A stretch of DNA of 64,000 nucleotides from an uncultured delta proteobacterium (GTDB lineage Bacteria; Desulfobacterota; Binatia; JACPRU01), in assembly GCA_963745025.1 (NCBI GenBank), contig CAVUWD010000019.1:64001-128000 (forward strand), given 5' to 3'. Position numbers and translations under genes: made by a program. This document shows, one piece after another, positions 52,671 through 63,069 of the stretch (within the stretch, counting starts at the first letter, position 1; the number at the start of each line of letters is the position of its first letter). The notes beneath the pieces were generated by a model. It was not told the origin of the DNA and did no database searches. It saw nothing but the letters and a program-made list of their open reading frames with translations.

Positions 52671-53714
52671 TCAGCGGTTCATCGACGGCAAGAGATTAAT
52701 TGCATCGGATGCTGGCGGGGTTGTCAAGGAAACGGTCCCCGGCTCTTCGCGCCAGTCGAGCACTTCGAGCCGTTGACCGTTTCGCCGCTCCAGGACCGCC
52801 AGACCGCGCGTGACCTCGGCGGCGATCCCGGCGGCATGGATCGTGAAATAGGCGCTTCGCATCGTGAAGAACGAGCGGAACTGGGGCGGCAGCTGGCTCC
52901 ATCCGGGGATTTCGTTGAGCTCCTGCCCGCCCTGAAACGGGTGATCTTGTCGCTGCGCGACGATCGCCTTGGCCGCCGCGGGATTGTCGACGGACCCGAG
53001 CAGGGTCGTCAGCAGCAGCTCCGAGGCCGTGTTGACGTTGATCTGCAGCTCTTCGTTTGGCAGCGCCGTCACCATCGCGCGGAGAGCGGCCCACTGCTCG
53101 CGAGTGAGCTCGCCGAAGCCGCGCACGAGCTGCAGCTCGTCGAGATTCAACAACCGGCCGTTGCGGGGATCGTAGGGGGGGGTGAGGCCCTCGTAGTACT
53201 CTCGTTCCGCGCCGCTCTGCGAAGTCACGTCGTCATCGGGATCCAGCCAATCGAGCAGCGGGAAGAGCAGATTGATGTCGAGACCGAGCACGGCGAGGAC
53301 GCCCTGGAAGAGGGTCTTCCGAGTTTCGAGCACCATCGGACTGACTCCCGGCCGAAGCGCCAGCGAATTGACGTTGAACCGCGCGGACTCGTCGTCGATG
53401 CGGAACGCAGCGTCGCCGACGCCTTCGCCGATCGGGCTTGGCGGAAACGGCTGCGCCCAAGGGTCGGCGAGCGTATCCACGTTCGGGCGCACGTTCTTGG
53501 CTTTCTCCGCGGCGTCGACCTTCAGCAGCATCTCGGCGAGCACGAGCCCGGCCCTCGCGAGATAGCGCGCCTGCATGGAGGACAGCGCGTTGCGCGTCAG
53601 GTGCGCCTCGACCTCTGTCGAATACGTGAACTCCACCACCAGGATCGTGAGCAGCGACACGACCAGCAGCGTGATCAGCAAGGCAATGCCCGCTGGCTCT
53701 TTCTTGCGAGTCAT
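52671..53714 (-). CDS. gspK: Minor pseudopilin GspK
   Basis: GIALLITL, DESARFNVN, DWLDPDD, GAEREYY and INVNTA. Confidence 0.92.
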   Translation of the reverse strand: MTRKKEPAGIALLITLLVVSLLTILVVEFTYSTEVEAHLTRNALSSMQARYLARAGLVLAEMLLKVDAAEKAKNVRPNVDTLADPWAQPFPPSPIGEGVGDAAFRIDDESARFNVNSLALRPGVSPMVLETRKTLFQGVLAVLGLDINLLFPLLDWLDPDDDVTSQSGAEREYYEGLTPPYDPRNGRLLNLDELQLVRGFGELTREQWAALRAMVTALPNEELQINVNTASELLLTTLLGSVDNPAAAKAIVAQRQDHPFQGGQELNEIPGWSQLPPQFRSFFTMRSAYFTIHAAGIAAEVTRGLAVLERRNGQRLEVLDWREEPGTVSLTTPPASDAINLLPSMNR

Positions 53715-54571
53715 TGACGGGGAGCCGGCCGCCCGGCGACTTGCGGATTACGAATGTTCCGGATCATCGGCAGGTCGACGGCGGTCTCGTAACGTTCCGA
53801 CTCGCCGGCGTCGTTCGTCACGGTGAGCGTGATCTCCACCGCCTCCGGCGCCGCGGTGAAGTTGCGGGAGTCGCTCGAATCCCAATCCTCGCCCCAGTTC
53901 TTGCCGTCGAAGAAGCGATAATCGAGTCCGCTGACGCCGGGCAGGATGAGCACCGAACCCGCGGGATTCGCCTTGTCGGGATCGAATCCGTCGCCCGTGA
54001 GCGAGAAGATCGTTTCCCGATAGAGACCGAGGTTCGCCGACTGCGGACTCTCCGGGGCGACGAAGTAATGCACGATCCCGAGATCCACGCCCGCGAACGT
54101 CGCCGCCGCCGGACGGCGCACGATGGTCGTGAACGCCACGTCGTCGACGGCAACGCCGGCATCGGTGCGCACGCGCCCGAGAAAGAGCGCGCGACCGGGA
54201 GGAAACTTCGCCGACCCGCCCGCGCGTGGCGTCGGCGCGACTCCCGGCGCCGGTGCTTGTGACTGCGCGGGCGCCGCGGAGAGCGTGGCCCGAGCGTTCT
54301 GAAGGTCCTGGGTCATGCGCGTGAGCGCCGCGCGCACACCGGCGGCCTCGTCTGCGCGCCTTTCGGCGAACTCCTTGGCGGCGATCGTCTGTGAGAACAC
54401 GCCGTAGATGATGGTCAGCACCACGCCGAGGATCGCCAGCGTGATCGTGATCTCGAGCAGGGTGAACCCGGAGTAGGGCTTGCAGCTTCTGGCTTCGGGC
54501 TTCAGCAAAGGGACTCCCCGAATTCTCTGGCGTAGCCCGTGGCCCGCAGCCTGTGGCCGCTCTTTCGTCAT
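53711..54571 (-). CDS. gspJ: Minor pseudopilin GspJ
   Basis: G-FTLLE prepilin motif; FFDGKNW..DWDS...PEAVEI. Confidence 0.88.
   Translation of the reverse strand: MTKERPQAAGHGLRQRIRGVPLLKPEARSCKPYSGFTLLEITITLAILGVVLTIIYGVFSQTIAAKEFAERRADEAAGVRAALTRMTQDLQNARATLSAAPAQSQAPAPGVAPTPRAGGSAKFPPGRALFLGRVRTDAGVAVDDVAFTTIVRRPAAATFAGVDLGIVHYFVAPESPQSANLGLYRETIFSLTGDGFDPDKANPAGSVLILPGVSGLDYRFFDGKNWGEDWDSSDSRNFTAAPEAVEITLTVTNDAGESERYETAVDLPMIRNIRNPQVAGRPAPRQ
54476..54558. repeat. Heptamer-armed palindromic element inside the gspJ leader
   Basis: Coding strand GGCCACA GGCTGCG GGCCACG GGCTACG...TGAAGCC CGAAGCC AGAAGCT GCAAGCC. Confidence 0.8.
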
Positions 54572-54954
54572 TGTTCCGGCTTCCTGACCATCGTCACGAG
54601 CCGTACCGCATCGGGATCGTCGACGTCCCAGAACACGCGGACGTGAATCTCCCGGATCTCGTCCTCGAGCTCCCGCGTCGGGCCACGTAGAATCTCGAGC
54701 TCCCAGTGGTAGTCCGGGTCGTTGGCGAAGTCGCCGGTTGATCGGGTCGGGTCGGGAAAGCTATCCGCGACAATCGAGCGCGTCATCAAATCCTGCGCGA
54801 GCAGCGTGGCGCGGTTCAGCCTCTGGTCGTAGGCGATGATCTGGATGTTTCTGCCGTGCAGCGAGAGCAGGCTGACCAGGGCCGTGGCGATGACCGCCAC
54901 GGCGACGAGGACTTCGAGCAGCGTGAATCCGCCCGACTGCCTAGGAGCCTGCAA
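54568..54954 (-). CDS. gspI: Minor pseudopilin GspI (TTG start assumed)
   Basis: G-FTLLEVLVAVAVIA; operon position. Confidence 0.85.
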   Translation of the reverse strand: MQAPRQSGGFTLLEVLVAVAVIATALVSLLSLHGRNIQIIAYDQRLNRATLLAQDLMTRSIVADSFPDPTRSTGDFANDPDYHWELEILRGPTRELEDEIREIHVRVFWDVDDPDAVRLVTMVRKPEQ

Positions 54955-54958
54955 GATC

Positions 54959-55519
54959 CTAGTGTCCCTCGGAGATTTCCGCTCGGCCACGGATGGGGTC
55001 GATGCGCAGCGTATACGCGTGGCCTTCGTCATCGACGAGACCGACTACGGAAGCGTCGGCGTAGCCCTCGGGATAGAAGCGTGTCGGCACCAATCCCTGT
55101 GCGAACTTGCCGACGCCGGGAACGAACACGTCGGTGATGCGCACGTCCGGAGACAGGACGACCCGGCGAGCCAGCAGGTCGGTGTCTTCGACGAGGGTAC
55201 TCGTCCCCTCCTCCGCGTGCGCCACCCAATACTCCTGCCGGTCGAGATCGAAGTACAGCACCAAGACCGTGCCCCGCAGGGCGGCCTCCTCGTAGAGATA
55301 GCGGGTGGCATTGGCGAGTCGTCGCGTGGTGGCGATCAGCTCGGCACCGGTCACGCTGCGAATCCGTGGGATCGCGATTCGCGCGACGATGGCGATGATC
55401 AGTACGACGATCGACAGCTCGATGAGAGTGAAGCCGGTCTCTCTCTTCCGGCATCGGATTTCCGCAGAAGACTTCCCGCGCCGCAGGCGTAAAGCCTGGG
55501 GCCCGAAGCCATTGTTCAT
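54959..55519 (-). CDS. gspH: Minor pseudopilin GspH
   Basis: G-FTLIEL and RFYPEG; follows gspG. Confidence 0.85.
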   Translation of the reverse strand: MNNGFGPQALRLRRGKSSAEIRCRKRETGFTLIELSIVVLIIAIVARIAIPRIRSVTGAELIATTRRLANATRYLYEEAALRGTVLVLYFDLDRQEYWVAHAEEGTSTLVEDTDLLARRVVLSPDVRITDVFVPGVGKFAQGLVPTRFYPEGYADASVVGLVDDEGHAYTLRIDPIRGRAEISEGH

Positions 55520-55523
55520 GCCT

Positions 55524-55943
55524 TCATCCGAGGTCTCTGCTGTCGATGTCGGCGTTCTTTCCTTCGCCTCCTTGCTCACTGTCGCCGCCGAGGCACTTGA
55601 GCACGAAGCTCTGCCCGTCGCTCAGATACACGTAGGGATTTCCCCAGGGATCTTCCGGAATCTTCTGGATGTAACCCTCGGGATTGTACCTCCGCGGCTG
55701 CGGGCCGCCGGACGGCTTTCGCACGAGCGCCGCGATACCCTGCTCTGTGGTCGGATAGATCGCGTTGTCGAGCTTGTACAGATGGAGGCCTTGCTCGATC
55801 TGCTTGAGATCGGCCTTGGCCTTGGTGATGCGGGCGTTGTCGGTCTGGCCGATCACGTTGACCGAGACGATCGTCGCGAGCAGGCCGATGATGAAGACCA
55901 CGACCAGGATCTCGATCAGCGTGAAGCCGGCAGTTCGGCGCAT
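55524..55943 (-). CDS. gspG: Major pseudopilin GspG
   Basis: GFTLIEI, LYKLDN.YPTTEQG, DPWGNPY and NADI. Confidence 0.96.
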   Translation of the reverse strand: MRRTAGFTLIEILVVVFIIGLLATIVSVNVIGQTDNARITKAKADLKQIEQGLHLYKLDNAIYPTTEQGIAALVRKPSGGPQPRRYNPEGYIQKIPEDPWGNPYVYLSDGQSFVLKCLGGDSEQGGEGKNADIDSRDLG

Positions 55944-56050
55944 CCTATCTCCAAACGTTTCGACGTCAGGCGGTGCTTAGAAATTCGCGCGTTGGTAGGG
56001 TTAGGATACCAGCGGGGCTCCGAACGGGCAAACCATGATCGGCGGCTTGC

Positions 56051-57274
56051 TCACCGAACCAGTTGGCTCATCTGGAAGATCGGCAGCAGGATCGACAGGA
56101 CGATGAAAGTGACCATACCCCCCATGAAAACGATCATCACGGGCTCGAGGAGCGTCGTCAGCGTGGCGATCGTACTGTCGACCTCCCCCTCGTAGGTCTC
56201 GGCCGTCTTGAAGAGCATCTCCTCGAGCCGCCCGCTCTTTTCGCCGACGGCGATCATGTGGATCATCAGCGGCGGAAAGATGCCGCTCTTCTTGAGCGGG
56301 GGAGCGATTGACTGGCCTTCGCGAATGGCATCGCGGGCCGCCTCGGTGGCATCGTAGAGCACGCGGTTGTCGACGATGTTCTTGACGATGTCGAGCGACG
56401 GGAGGAGCCCGATCCCGCTCTGCAGCAGCGTCGACAGGGTGCGGGAAAAGCGCGCGACGGCGATCTTCTGCATGAGCTTTCCGAAGACCGGCACGCGCAG
56501 CACCCATCGGTCGTAGCGCTGCCGGCCCGCCTCGGTGCGCACGTAATAGCGGAAGGCGAGCGCCACGACCGCGAGCAGGACGACGACGAGCGGCCACCAG
56601 GTCGACAGCATGCCCGAAAGCGCCATGAGGATCCGCGTCGGCAACGGAAGGACCTGCTTCGACTCGGTGAAGATGCGCGTGATCTTCGGCACGACGTAGG
56701 AGAGGAGGAAGAAGAGGATCGTGGCTCCGATGATCAGCATGACCGCAGGGTAGGTGAGCGCCGAGCGGAGCTTGCTGCGGAGGCGCGCGGTCGACTCCGT
56801 GTAGTCGGCGAGTCGGAGCAGCACGACGTCGAGCGCGCCGCTGGCCTCGCCCGCGCGCACCATGTTGACGTAGAGATCGCTGTAGACTCTGGGATGCTCC
56901 GCCAGCGCGTCGGCGAGTGAGGTGCCTTCGTTCACGCGCTCGCGCGTCTGCGTGAGCATGCGCTTCAAGCGCTCGGAGTCGACCTGATCGATGAGCGCCG
57001 AGAGGCAGTCGACGAGCGGCAGGCCCGCGGAAACGAGCGTCGAGAGTTGCCGTGTCATGACCGCCAGCTCCTGCGCGCCCACCCGCTCGAAGAGGCGCGA
57101 AAGCGAGCGGGAGGCCCGGGGTGTGGACTCCGCTTCGCGGCTCTCCGCTAGCGAGGTCGGAAAGACGCCCGAGCGGCGGAGCTTCAGGCGTGCCGCGCGC
57201 GGGTTGTCAGCGTCGATGACCCCGGTGACGTTCTTGCCGTCGGGACTCAGGCCGACGTACGAATAAACTGGCAT
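56051..57274 (-). CDS. gspF: Type II secretion platform protein GspF
   Basis: TRQLSTLVSAGLPL, MVRAGEASGAL, ALTYP and LLEP. Confidence 0.96.
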   Translation of the reverse strand: MPVYSYVGLSPDGKNVTGVIDADNPRAARLKLRRSGVFPTSLAESREAESTPRASRSLSRLFERVGAQELAVMTRQLSTLVSAGLPLVDCLSALIDQVDSERLKRMLTQTRERVNEGTSLADALAEHPRVYSDLYVNMVRAGEASGALDVVLLRLADYTESTARLRSKLRSALTYPAVMLIIGATILFFLLSYVVPKITRIFTESKQVLPLPTRILMALSGMLSTWWPLVVVLLAVVALAFRYYVRTEAGRQRYDRWVLRVPVFGKLMQKIAVARFSRTLSTLLQSGIGLLPSLDIVKNIVDNRVLYDATEAARDAIREGQSIAPPLKKSGIFPPLMIHMIAVGEKSGRLEEMLFKTAETYEGEVDSTIATLTTLLEPVMIVFMGGMVTFIVLSILLPIFQMSQLVR

Positions 57275-57282
57275 GATCGAAC

Positions 57283-57333
57283 TTCAGGCTGCGGGCTTCA
57301 ACAAGAGTCTCCCCGCAATCCAGCTGGAAGCCT
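57283..57333. repeat. Degenerate heptamer-armed palindromic element
   Basis: TCAGGCTGCG GGCTTCA ACAAGAGTCTCC...GGAAGCCTGA. Confidence 0.55.
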
Positions 57334-57354
57334 GACGTCTCCGGCCCGAAGTCG

Positions 57355-59059
57355 TCATTCGACTAAGATGTCTTCCTGCGTCACGCGCATGACTTCTTCG
57401 ATCGTGGTCAGGCCTTCGAGCACCTTCCGCGTGCCGTCGTCGCGGAGCGTCGGCATGCCGCGCGAGGTGGCATCGCGGCGAATCGTTGCCGCGTCGGCGT
57501 TCTTCATGATGAGCGCCCGAATGTCGTCGTCCACGACCAAGAGCTCGTGGATGCCGATCCGTCCGCGGTAGCCCGTCTGTTTGCAATCGGGGCAGCCCGT
57601 TCCGGCGTGAAAAACGGTGCCGGTGGCAGCCTGAGCGGGCGAGATGCCGATCTCGCGGAGCTGCTCGGACGTGGGTTGGATCAGCGTGCGGCACTTCGCG
57701 CAGACCCGGCGGAGTAGGCGCTGGGCCATTACGGCGATCACGGACGACGACACGAGGAAGGGCTCGATGCCCATGTCGACCAGCCGCGTGACCGCGCCGA
57801 ACGAGTCGTTGGTGTGGAGCGTCGAGAAGACGAGGTGGCCGGTGAGCGCCGCCTGAATGGCGATCTCGGCCGTCTCCATGTCGCGGATCTCGCCCACCAT
57901 GATGACGTCGGGATCCTGGCGCAGGATCGAACGCAGACCGTTGGCGAACGTGAGCTCGATCTTCGGATTCACCTGCATCTGACCGACGCCCGCGAGCTGG
58001 TACTCGATCGGGTCCTCGATCGTGATGATGTTCTTCTCGTTGGAATTGATCTTCTGCAGCGCCGCGTAGAGCGTCGTCGTCTTGCCGCTGCCGGTCGGGC
58101 CGGTGACGAGGATGATGCCGTGGCTCTGATGGATCAGGCGCTGGACGGTCTTCAGGTTCTGCCCGGCGAGTCCGAGGTCGTCGAGCGGGAGCAGGGTCGC
58201 CGAGCGGTCGAGAAGTCGCATGCACGATGCGCTCGCCAAAGGCCGTCGGGATGACCGAGACGCGGATGTCGACGTCCTTGCCGGCGATCTTGGTGCGAAT
58301 TCGGCCGTCTTGGGGCAGGCGCTTTTCGGCGATGTTGAGACCCGCCATGATCTTCACGCGTGAGAGGATGACGGGCTGGAAGCGCTTCGGCGGCTTGACG
58401 ATGTCGTAGAGAATCCCGTCGATGCGGAAGCGCACGACGAGCTGCCGTTCGAAGGGCTCGATATGGATGTCCGAGGTGCGGTCTTTGACCGCTTGGAAAA
58501 TGAGTTGGTTGACGAGGCGGATGATCGGCGCCTCGTCGCTCGCGTCGAGCAGATCCTCCGGCTCTTCGAGCTCGGTGGCCATGAGGTCGAGGCGCTCCAC
58601 GTCGAGCCCGGAGACGAGCTCCGCGGTCGATCCCGAGGCGCGGTCGTAAACGCTGTTGATCGCATCGGCGATGAGCGGTGCGGGTGCAACCACGGCGCGC
58701 ACCGCCTTGCCGAACAGCAGACGAAGATCGTCGATGGGGCCGATCAGCGACGGGTTGGCGGTCGCCACGATGACGGCATCGCCGTCGACCCTGATGGGCA
58801 GGAGGTTATGCCGCTTGGCGAACTGGATGGGTAAGCGCGTCACCAGGTCGAGGGGGACCGAGTCCGTAGGCAGCGTATCGATGAACGGCAAGCCGTAATA
58901 CTGTGCGACGATCTCTCCCCAGCGATCCGCCGTCAGCGCCCCCATCTCGAGCAGCACGTCGCCGATGTCCTTGCCGTCTCGCAGCCGCTCGCGGGCGCGA
59001 TCGAGAACCTCGGGAGAGATGCCCGCCTGCTGGACGAGATTGGCTTCGAGCCCGTTCAT
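57355..59059 (-). CDS. gspE: Type II secretion ATPase GspE (apparent frameshift near 58222)
   Basis: [37 protein letters not shown] and [15 protein letters not shown]. Confidence 0.95.
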
Positions 59060-59104
59060 CGGGAGACGATTCTATCGAGAAGCACGCCCGCGTGCCAGAA
59101 CGGT

Positions 59105-59173
59105 CACCGGCTACCGACTTGCGCCGGCGCCTTCGCGAAAATCACTTGCGGTAACCGGAAGTCGGTGGCCGGC
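59105..59173. repeat. Degenerate heptamer-armed palindromic element
   Basis: CACCGGCTACCGACTT...GGTAACC GGAAGTC GGTGGCC GG. Confidence 0.6.
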
Positions 59174-59182
59174 AGTTGCGTT

Positions 59183-61987
59183 TCAGCGCGCGCGTTTCCA
59201 GGGCGAGGCGCCGGCAACCATCGCGCGCATCTGCTCGGCCGAGATCGGTCGCCACCGCACCACTGCGCCGGCCCAGCGTTCGAGCGGCTGGCCCTCAGGA
59301 TAGACGGACAGCGCGGTAGCGGCGTCGGGGAAGACCTCGAGGCAGCTATATCGCGCCTCGTAGGTCGACGACTTGTATTCGTAGGCGCCACCCTTGACGA
59401 AGAACTCACCGGCATCGATCGGCGTGTAGACGGTCGCGAAGCCGTTCGTGGTCTGCAGCTCCGGCGGCGCGTCGCCCTTCTCGAAGAGCGTCAGCAAGAT
59501 GGCGAAACGGTGGCCGGTGGTCGGGATGCCGAGGGCGCTCGGCGAGCTAGGCACGATCGGCGGTGACGGCGCTGGCGGCGCCACCGGTCGCGGCGCGATC
59601 GCCGCCTGCTCCTGGGGTGTCGGCACGCGTAAGGGCTCGGTCTGGATCGCAGGCGTAGGAGGAGGAGCATGGAACGCGCCGGCGTCTCCAGGAACGAGGT
59701 TGGAGGGTGCGCCGCCGGCCGGGGGGGTCGCCGAGGCGGCATTCCACGAAGGGGTGTTGAGCTGCTCGTAATGGCGAGGCCCGAGCTTCTCCTGGCGCAG
59801 GTAACGCTTGAACTGCTCGCGCTGATCGATCGAGATCTCTTCCAGATCGGCGTCGTCGTGCACGACATGCGGCGTCAGAAAGATCAGCAGGTTGATCTTT
59901 TCGCGGCGATCGTTGTTCTGCTTGAACAGGTTTCCGAGCACCGGGAGGTCGCCGATGAAGGGGAGCTTGCCCTGCGTCGAGACGGCGTCGTCCGAGATCA
60001 AGCCGCCGATCACGACCGTGTGACCGGTGCGCGCGACGACCGTCGTCGAGGCCGAGCGAACGGTCGTCGTCGGGCCGGCGAGGTTCGCGTCGACGAGCGG
60101 GTTCGGAACCAGAGCCGACACTTCTTCGTAGAGATCGAGTCGCACCACGTCCCCCTGAGAGATCTGCGGCGTCAGGCGAAGCGTGATGCCGACGTCCTGG
60201 CGGTCGACGGTGGCGAAGGTGTTCGACAGGTTGGTCTGGTCGGTCGCACGGCTGGCGAGGAACGGGACGTTCTGCCCGACCAGGATCTCCGCTTCCTGAT
60301 TGTCCGAGGTGAGGATGTTCGGCGCGGAAAGGACGTTGACGTCTCGGTCGTTCTGAAGGGCGTTGAATAGCGCCACCTGGGCTGGCACCGTCGTGCCGTC
60401 GGGAAGCGTGATCGTCTGGTTGCTGACGGCCGCCATCACCAGACCCTGAATCGTCTGCGGCGTGGTGAGCGCCTGGTTCAGGCTGGTGAAGTTCAAGCGC
60501 GCGAGGCCCAAGGCATCGTTGCCGAGCGCGGTGCCGCCTTGGTACTCGAAGCCGAGCGCGAGCGACTTCTGGAGCGAGATCTCGAAGATGATCGCCTCGA
60601 CGTAGACCTGCTTGCGCGGGATGTCGATCTCGCCGATCACGCGCTTCAACACGTCGTAGTCCTGCGGGCTGGCGCTGATGATCACCGAATTGGTGAACGG
60701 GTCGGCGGTGATGCGGACCTCGCCGACGAACTCACCTCCGCCTCCGACTGCGCTGGTCGGGCCCCCTTGCCCCGGGGCGCCGCCGGTTCCACCGGCGGTG
60801 CCGCCGAGCAGCCCCGTCGTGCCGCGGCCGGGGGTTCGGGATATGAACGATTGTTGTTGTTGCTGCTGCTGCTGCTGACGCGTCGTGCGTCGGGCGTTGG
60901 CGCTGCCCGCCGCGCCGCCGGCGCCGCGCTGTCCGCCGCCCCCGCCGCCCCCACCGCCCCCACCGACTAGATCCGACAGCACCTGCACGATCTCCGTCGC
61001 GTTGGCGTACTTCAGCGCATAGACGTGAATCTTCGAGACGCCCTCGAGGTGCTTGTCGAGATCCTTGATGAGCTTTCGGATCATACGCATCTGCGACGGG
61101 CTGGCGAGCGCGATGATCGAGTTGGTGCGCTCGTCCGAGATCACCTTGAAGGCGGCCGTGCCCGGCGCTCCCCCGGGGGCGGCGGGCTGTCCCGGCCTTG
61201 GGGCCGGCGCGGGCGCTCCTCCGCCCTTGGCCCCGGCGCGCTCGCCTTGCGCCTCGAGAACCTCCTGGAGCGTCTTGGCGACGGTCTCCGCGTAGGCATT
61301 CTCGAGATGGACCATCTCGATCCCGCGTGCGGGCATCTCGATGTCAAGCTCGGAGATGATGCTGAGCAATCGCTCGATGTTGGATGCGGTGTCGATGATG
61401 ACGAGCGTGTTGGCCGCGTCGTATGCGCTGATGAGGCCGTCCTTGGACACCATCGGCTGCAGCACCGGTAACAGGGTGCTCGGCTCGACGAAGCTGAGCG
61501 GCACCAGCTGGGTGATGAACTGATCGCCCGTCGCTGCCTTTGGCGCGAGCGGTGCACCGGAATCCTTGGCGTCGCGAACCGGGACGATCTTGATCACGGG
61601 GCCGGCCGGCAGCGTCGTGAAGCCTTTGACCTCGAGGATCGACTGGAAAACGCGATAGGCCTCGTCGATCGAGATTTTGGTCGGCGAGATCACGGTGACC
61701 TTGCCGCGCACCTTCTCGTCGAGGATGAAATTCTTGCCGGTGATCTCGCTGATGAACTTGACCAGCACGCCGATCTCGACGTCCTGGAAGTCCATGGTGA
61801 TGAGCTGCTTCTCGGGAACTTTCTCCGCCGCGGCACCGGGCGCGACCCGAATTGTTTCGGGCGCTGCGGCGGCAGCCGGGGGCCGAGCAGCGGGAGGAGC
61901 GGGGGACTTGCGCGCCTGCGCTCTTGCGGCGACCGCCCACAGGACCAAGATTCCCGCGAGCCCGAGGACGATCGTGCGCAGTCTCAC
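59183..61987 (-). CDS. gspD: Type II secretion secretin GspD with a long C-terminal extension
   Basis: ISEITGKNFI, LKYANA, QVYVEAII, DNQEAEILVGQNVP, GGLISD and LIFLTP. Confidence 0.95.
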   Translation of the reverse strand: MRLRTIVLGLAGILVLWAVAARAQARKSPAPPAARPPAAAAAPETIRVAPGAAAEKVPEKQLITMDFQDVEIGVLVKFISEITGKNFILDEKVRGKVTVISPTKISIDEAYRVFQSILEVKGFTTLPAGPVIKIVPVRDAKDSGAPLAPKAATGDQFITQLVPLSFVEPSTLLPVLQPMVSKDGLISAYDAANTLVIIDTASNIERLLSIISELDIEMPARGIEMVHLENAYAETVAKTLQEVLEAQGERAGAKGGGAPAPAPRPGQPAAPGGAPGTAAFKVISDERTNSIIALASPSQMRMIRKLIKDLDKHLEGVSKIHVYALKYANATEIVQVLSDLVGGGGGGGGGGGQRGAGGAAGSANARRTTRQQQQQQQQQSFISRTPGRGTTGLLGGTAGGTGGAPGQGGPTSAVGGGGEFVGEVRITADPFTNSVIISASPQDYDVLKRVIGEIDIPRKQVYVEAIIFEISLQKSLALGFEYQGGTALGNDALGLARLNFTSLNQALTTPQTIQGLVMAAVSNQTITLPDGTTVPAQVALFNALQNDRDVNVLSAPNILTSDNQEAEILVGQNVPFLASRATDQTNLSNTFATVDRQDVGITLRLTPQISQGDVVRLDLYEEVSALVPNPLVDANLAGPTTTVRSASTTVVARTGHTVVIGGLISDDAVSTQGKLPFIGDLPVLGNLFKQNNDRREKINLLIFLTPHVVHDDADLEEISIDQREQFKRYLRQEKLGPRHYEQLNTPSWNAASATPPAGGAPSNLVPGDAGAFHAPPPTPAIQTEPLRVPTPQEQAAIAPRPVAPPAPSPPIVPSSPSALGIPTTGHRFAILLTLFEKGDAPPELQTTNGFATVYTPIDAGEFFVKGGAYEYKSSTYEARYSCLEVFPDAATALSVYPEGQPLERWAGAVVRWRPISAEQMRAMVAGASPWKRAR

Positions 61988-62823
61988 CGGATCTCGTAGT
62001 TGAGAGTCGCCGGTTGCCGGTTCCGGTTCACGTCAACCGTGACGCGGCCCTCGTTGCGCAGCTCTTGGATGAGCGCCATTGCGCGAGCCGGATCCGTGAG
62101 CTCGTTTCCGTTGATCCGCGTGATGATGTCCCCGTTCTTCAAGCCGATCTTTTCGAAGACCGAATCCTGCTTGATGGCGAACAGCCGAAACCCGGCCGCC
62201 TTCCCGTCTTGGAAATGCGGCACCGCACGGATCTGGGTGAAGAGCTGATTCATGTTCTCCATCGCCTTGTCGACCTCGGCACGATCGATGACGAAGTCGC
62301 TGTCGCCACGTTGCTGGACGGAACCGCTGCCCGCCTCAGGCGCGGCGGGCGCGGTGCCAGCCTTGCCGCCGGGCTCGACGATCTTGAGGATCTCCTCTCC
62401 CTGGCCGCTTTCCAGCACCACTTGGCCCCATTCGACCCCGATGAGCGTGCGGTTCTGCAGCTTGTCCCCGACGCGGTAGAGCTGGTCCGTTTTGTTTGTC
62501 TCGTCGTGGATGATCGCGAAGGAATCGATGCCTTCGCCGGGTGCGGTGCCCAAGAGCTTGGCGTTGAGCGGGACGGTCTGCACCTGCTGTTCCGGCCCGG
62601 CGGCGCGCGGCGGATTGAAGACGTCCTTCGTCGTGATCGGAGCATAGTAGGCGAGCGGATGCTTGGTTGCCGGGGCGGCTTCCGCCGGCTGGCTCGCGGA
62701 TAGCGTCGGACGGCTACGGAAGCGACCGGCGATCCAGGCGTTGACCGTGCTCGCCGAAAAGAGAGCCGCGAGCCCAAGAAGCGCCAGTTGGCCCGTGGTG
62801 AGCAGAGTACGTGGCGAGATCAT
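61984..62823 (-). CDS. gspC: Type II secretion protein GspC with PDZ domain
   Basis: TM, KLLGT..FAII HR domain, QIRAVP and GLKNGDII..ING. Confidence 0.92.
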   Translation of the reverse strand: MISPRTLLTTGQLALLGLAALFSASTVNAWIAGRFRSRPTLSASQPAEAAPATKHPLAYYAPITTKDVFNPPRAAGPEQQVQTVPLNAKLLGTAPGEGIDSFAIIHDETNKTDQLYRVGDKLQNRTLIGVEWGQVVLESGQGEEILKIVEPGGKAGTAPAAPEAGSGSVQQRGDSDFVIDRAEVDKAMENMNQLFTQIRAVPHFQDGKAAGFRLFAIKQDSVFEKIGLKNGDIITRINGNELTDPARAMALIQELRNEGRVTVDVNRNRQPATLNYEIR

Positions 62824-63069
62824 TCAACCTACGCAGGCGAAGTAGGACATTCAAATAGAAGAATCGTCCGTGGGTTGCAAGTAAAAGTGTACGCGGATCG
62901 ACGACGCTCAAGGACGCTTCTCGGTCTGTGCGGTCTTCCGCGAAGACCGGACTCGCTGGAATCAGTCGCTGCGTCGGAGACTGCTCAGACCGTGAAGCCT
63001 TCCCGTCGCGTTGCAGGCGTGGTTCGTGCGGTGTAGAATAAGAAAATTGTACTCCGGAGGTAGACATCG

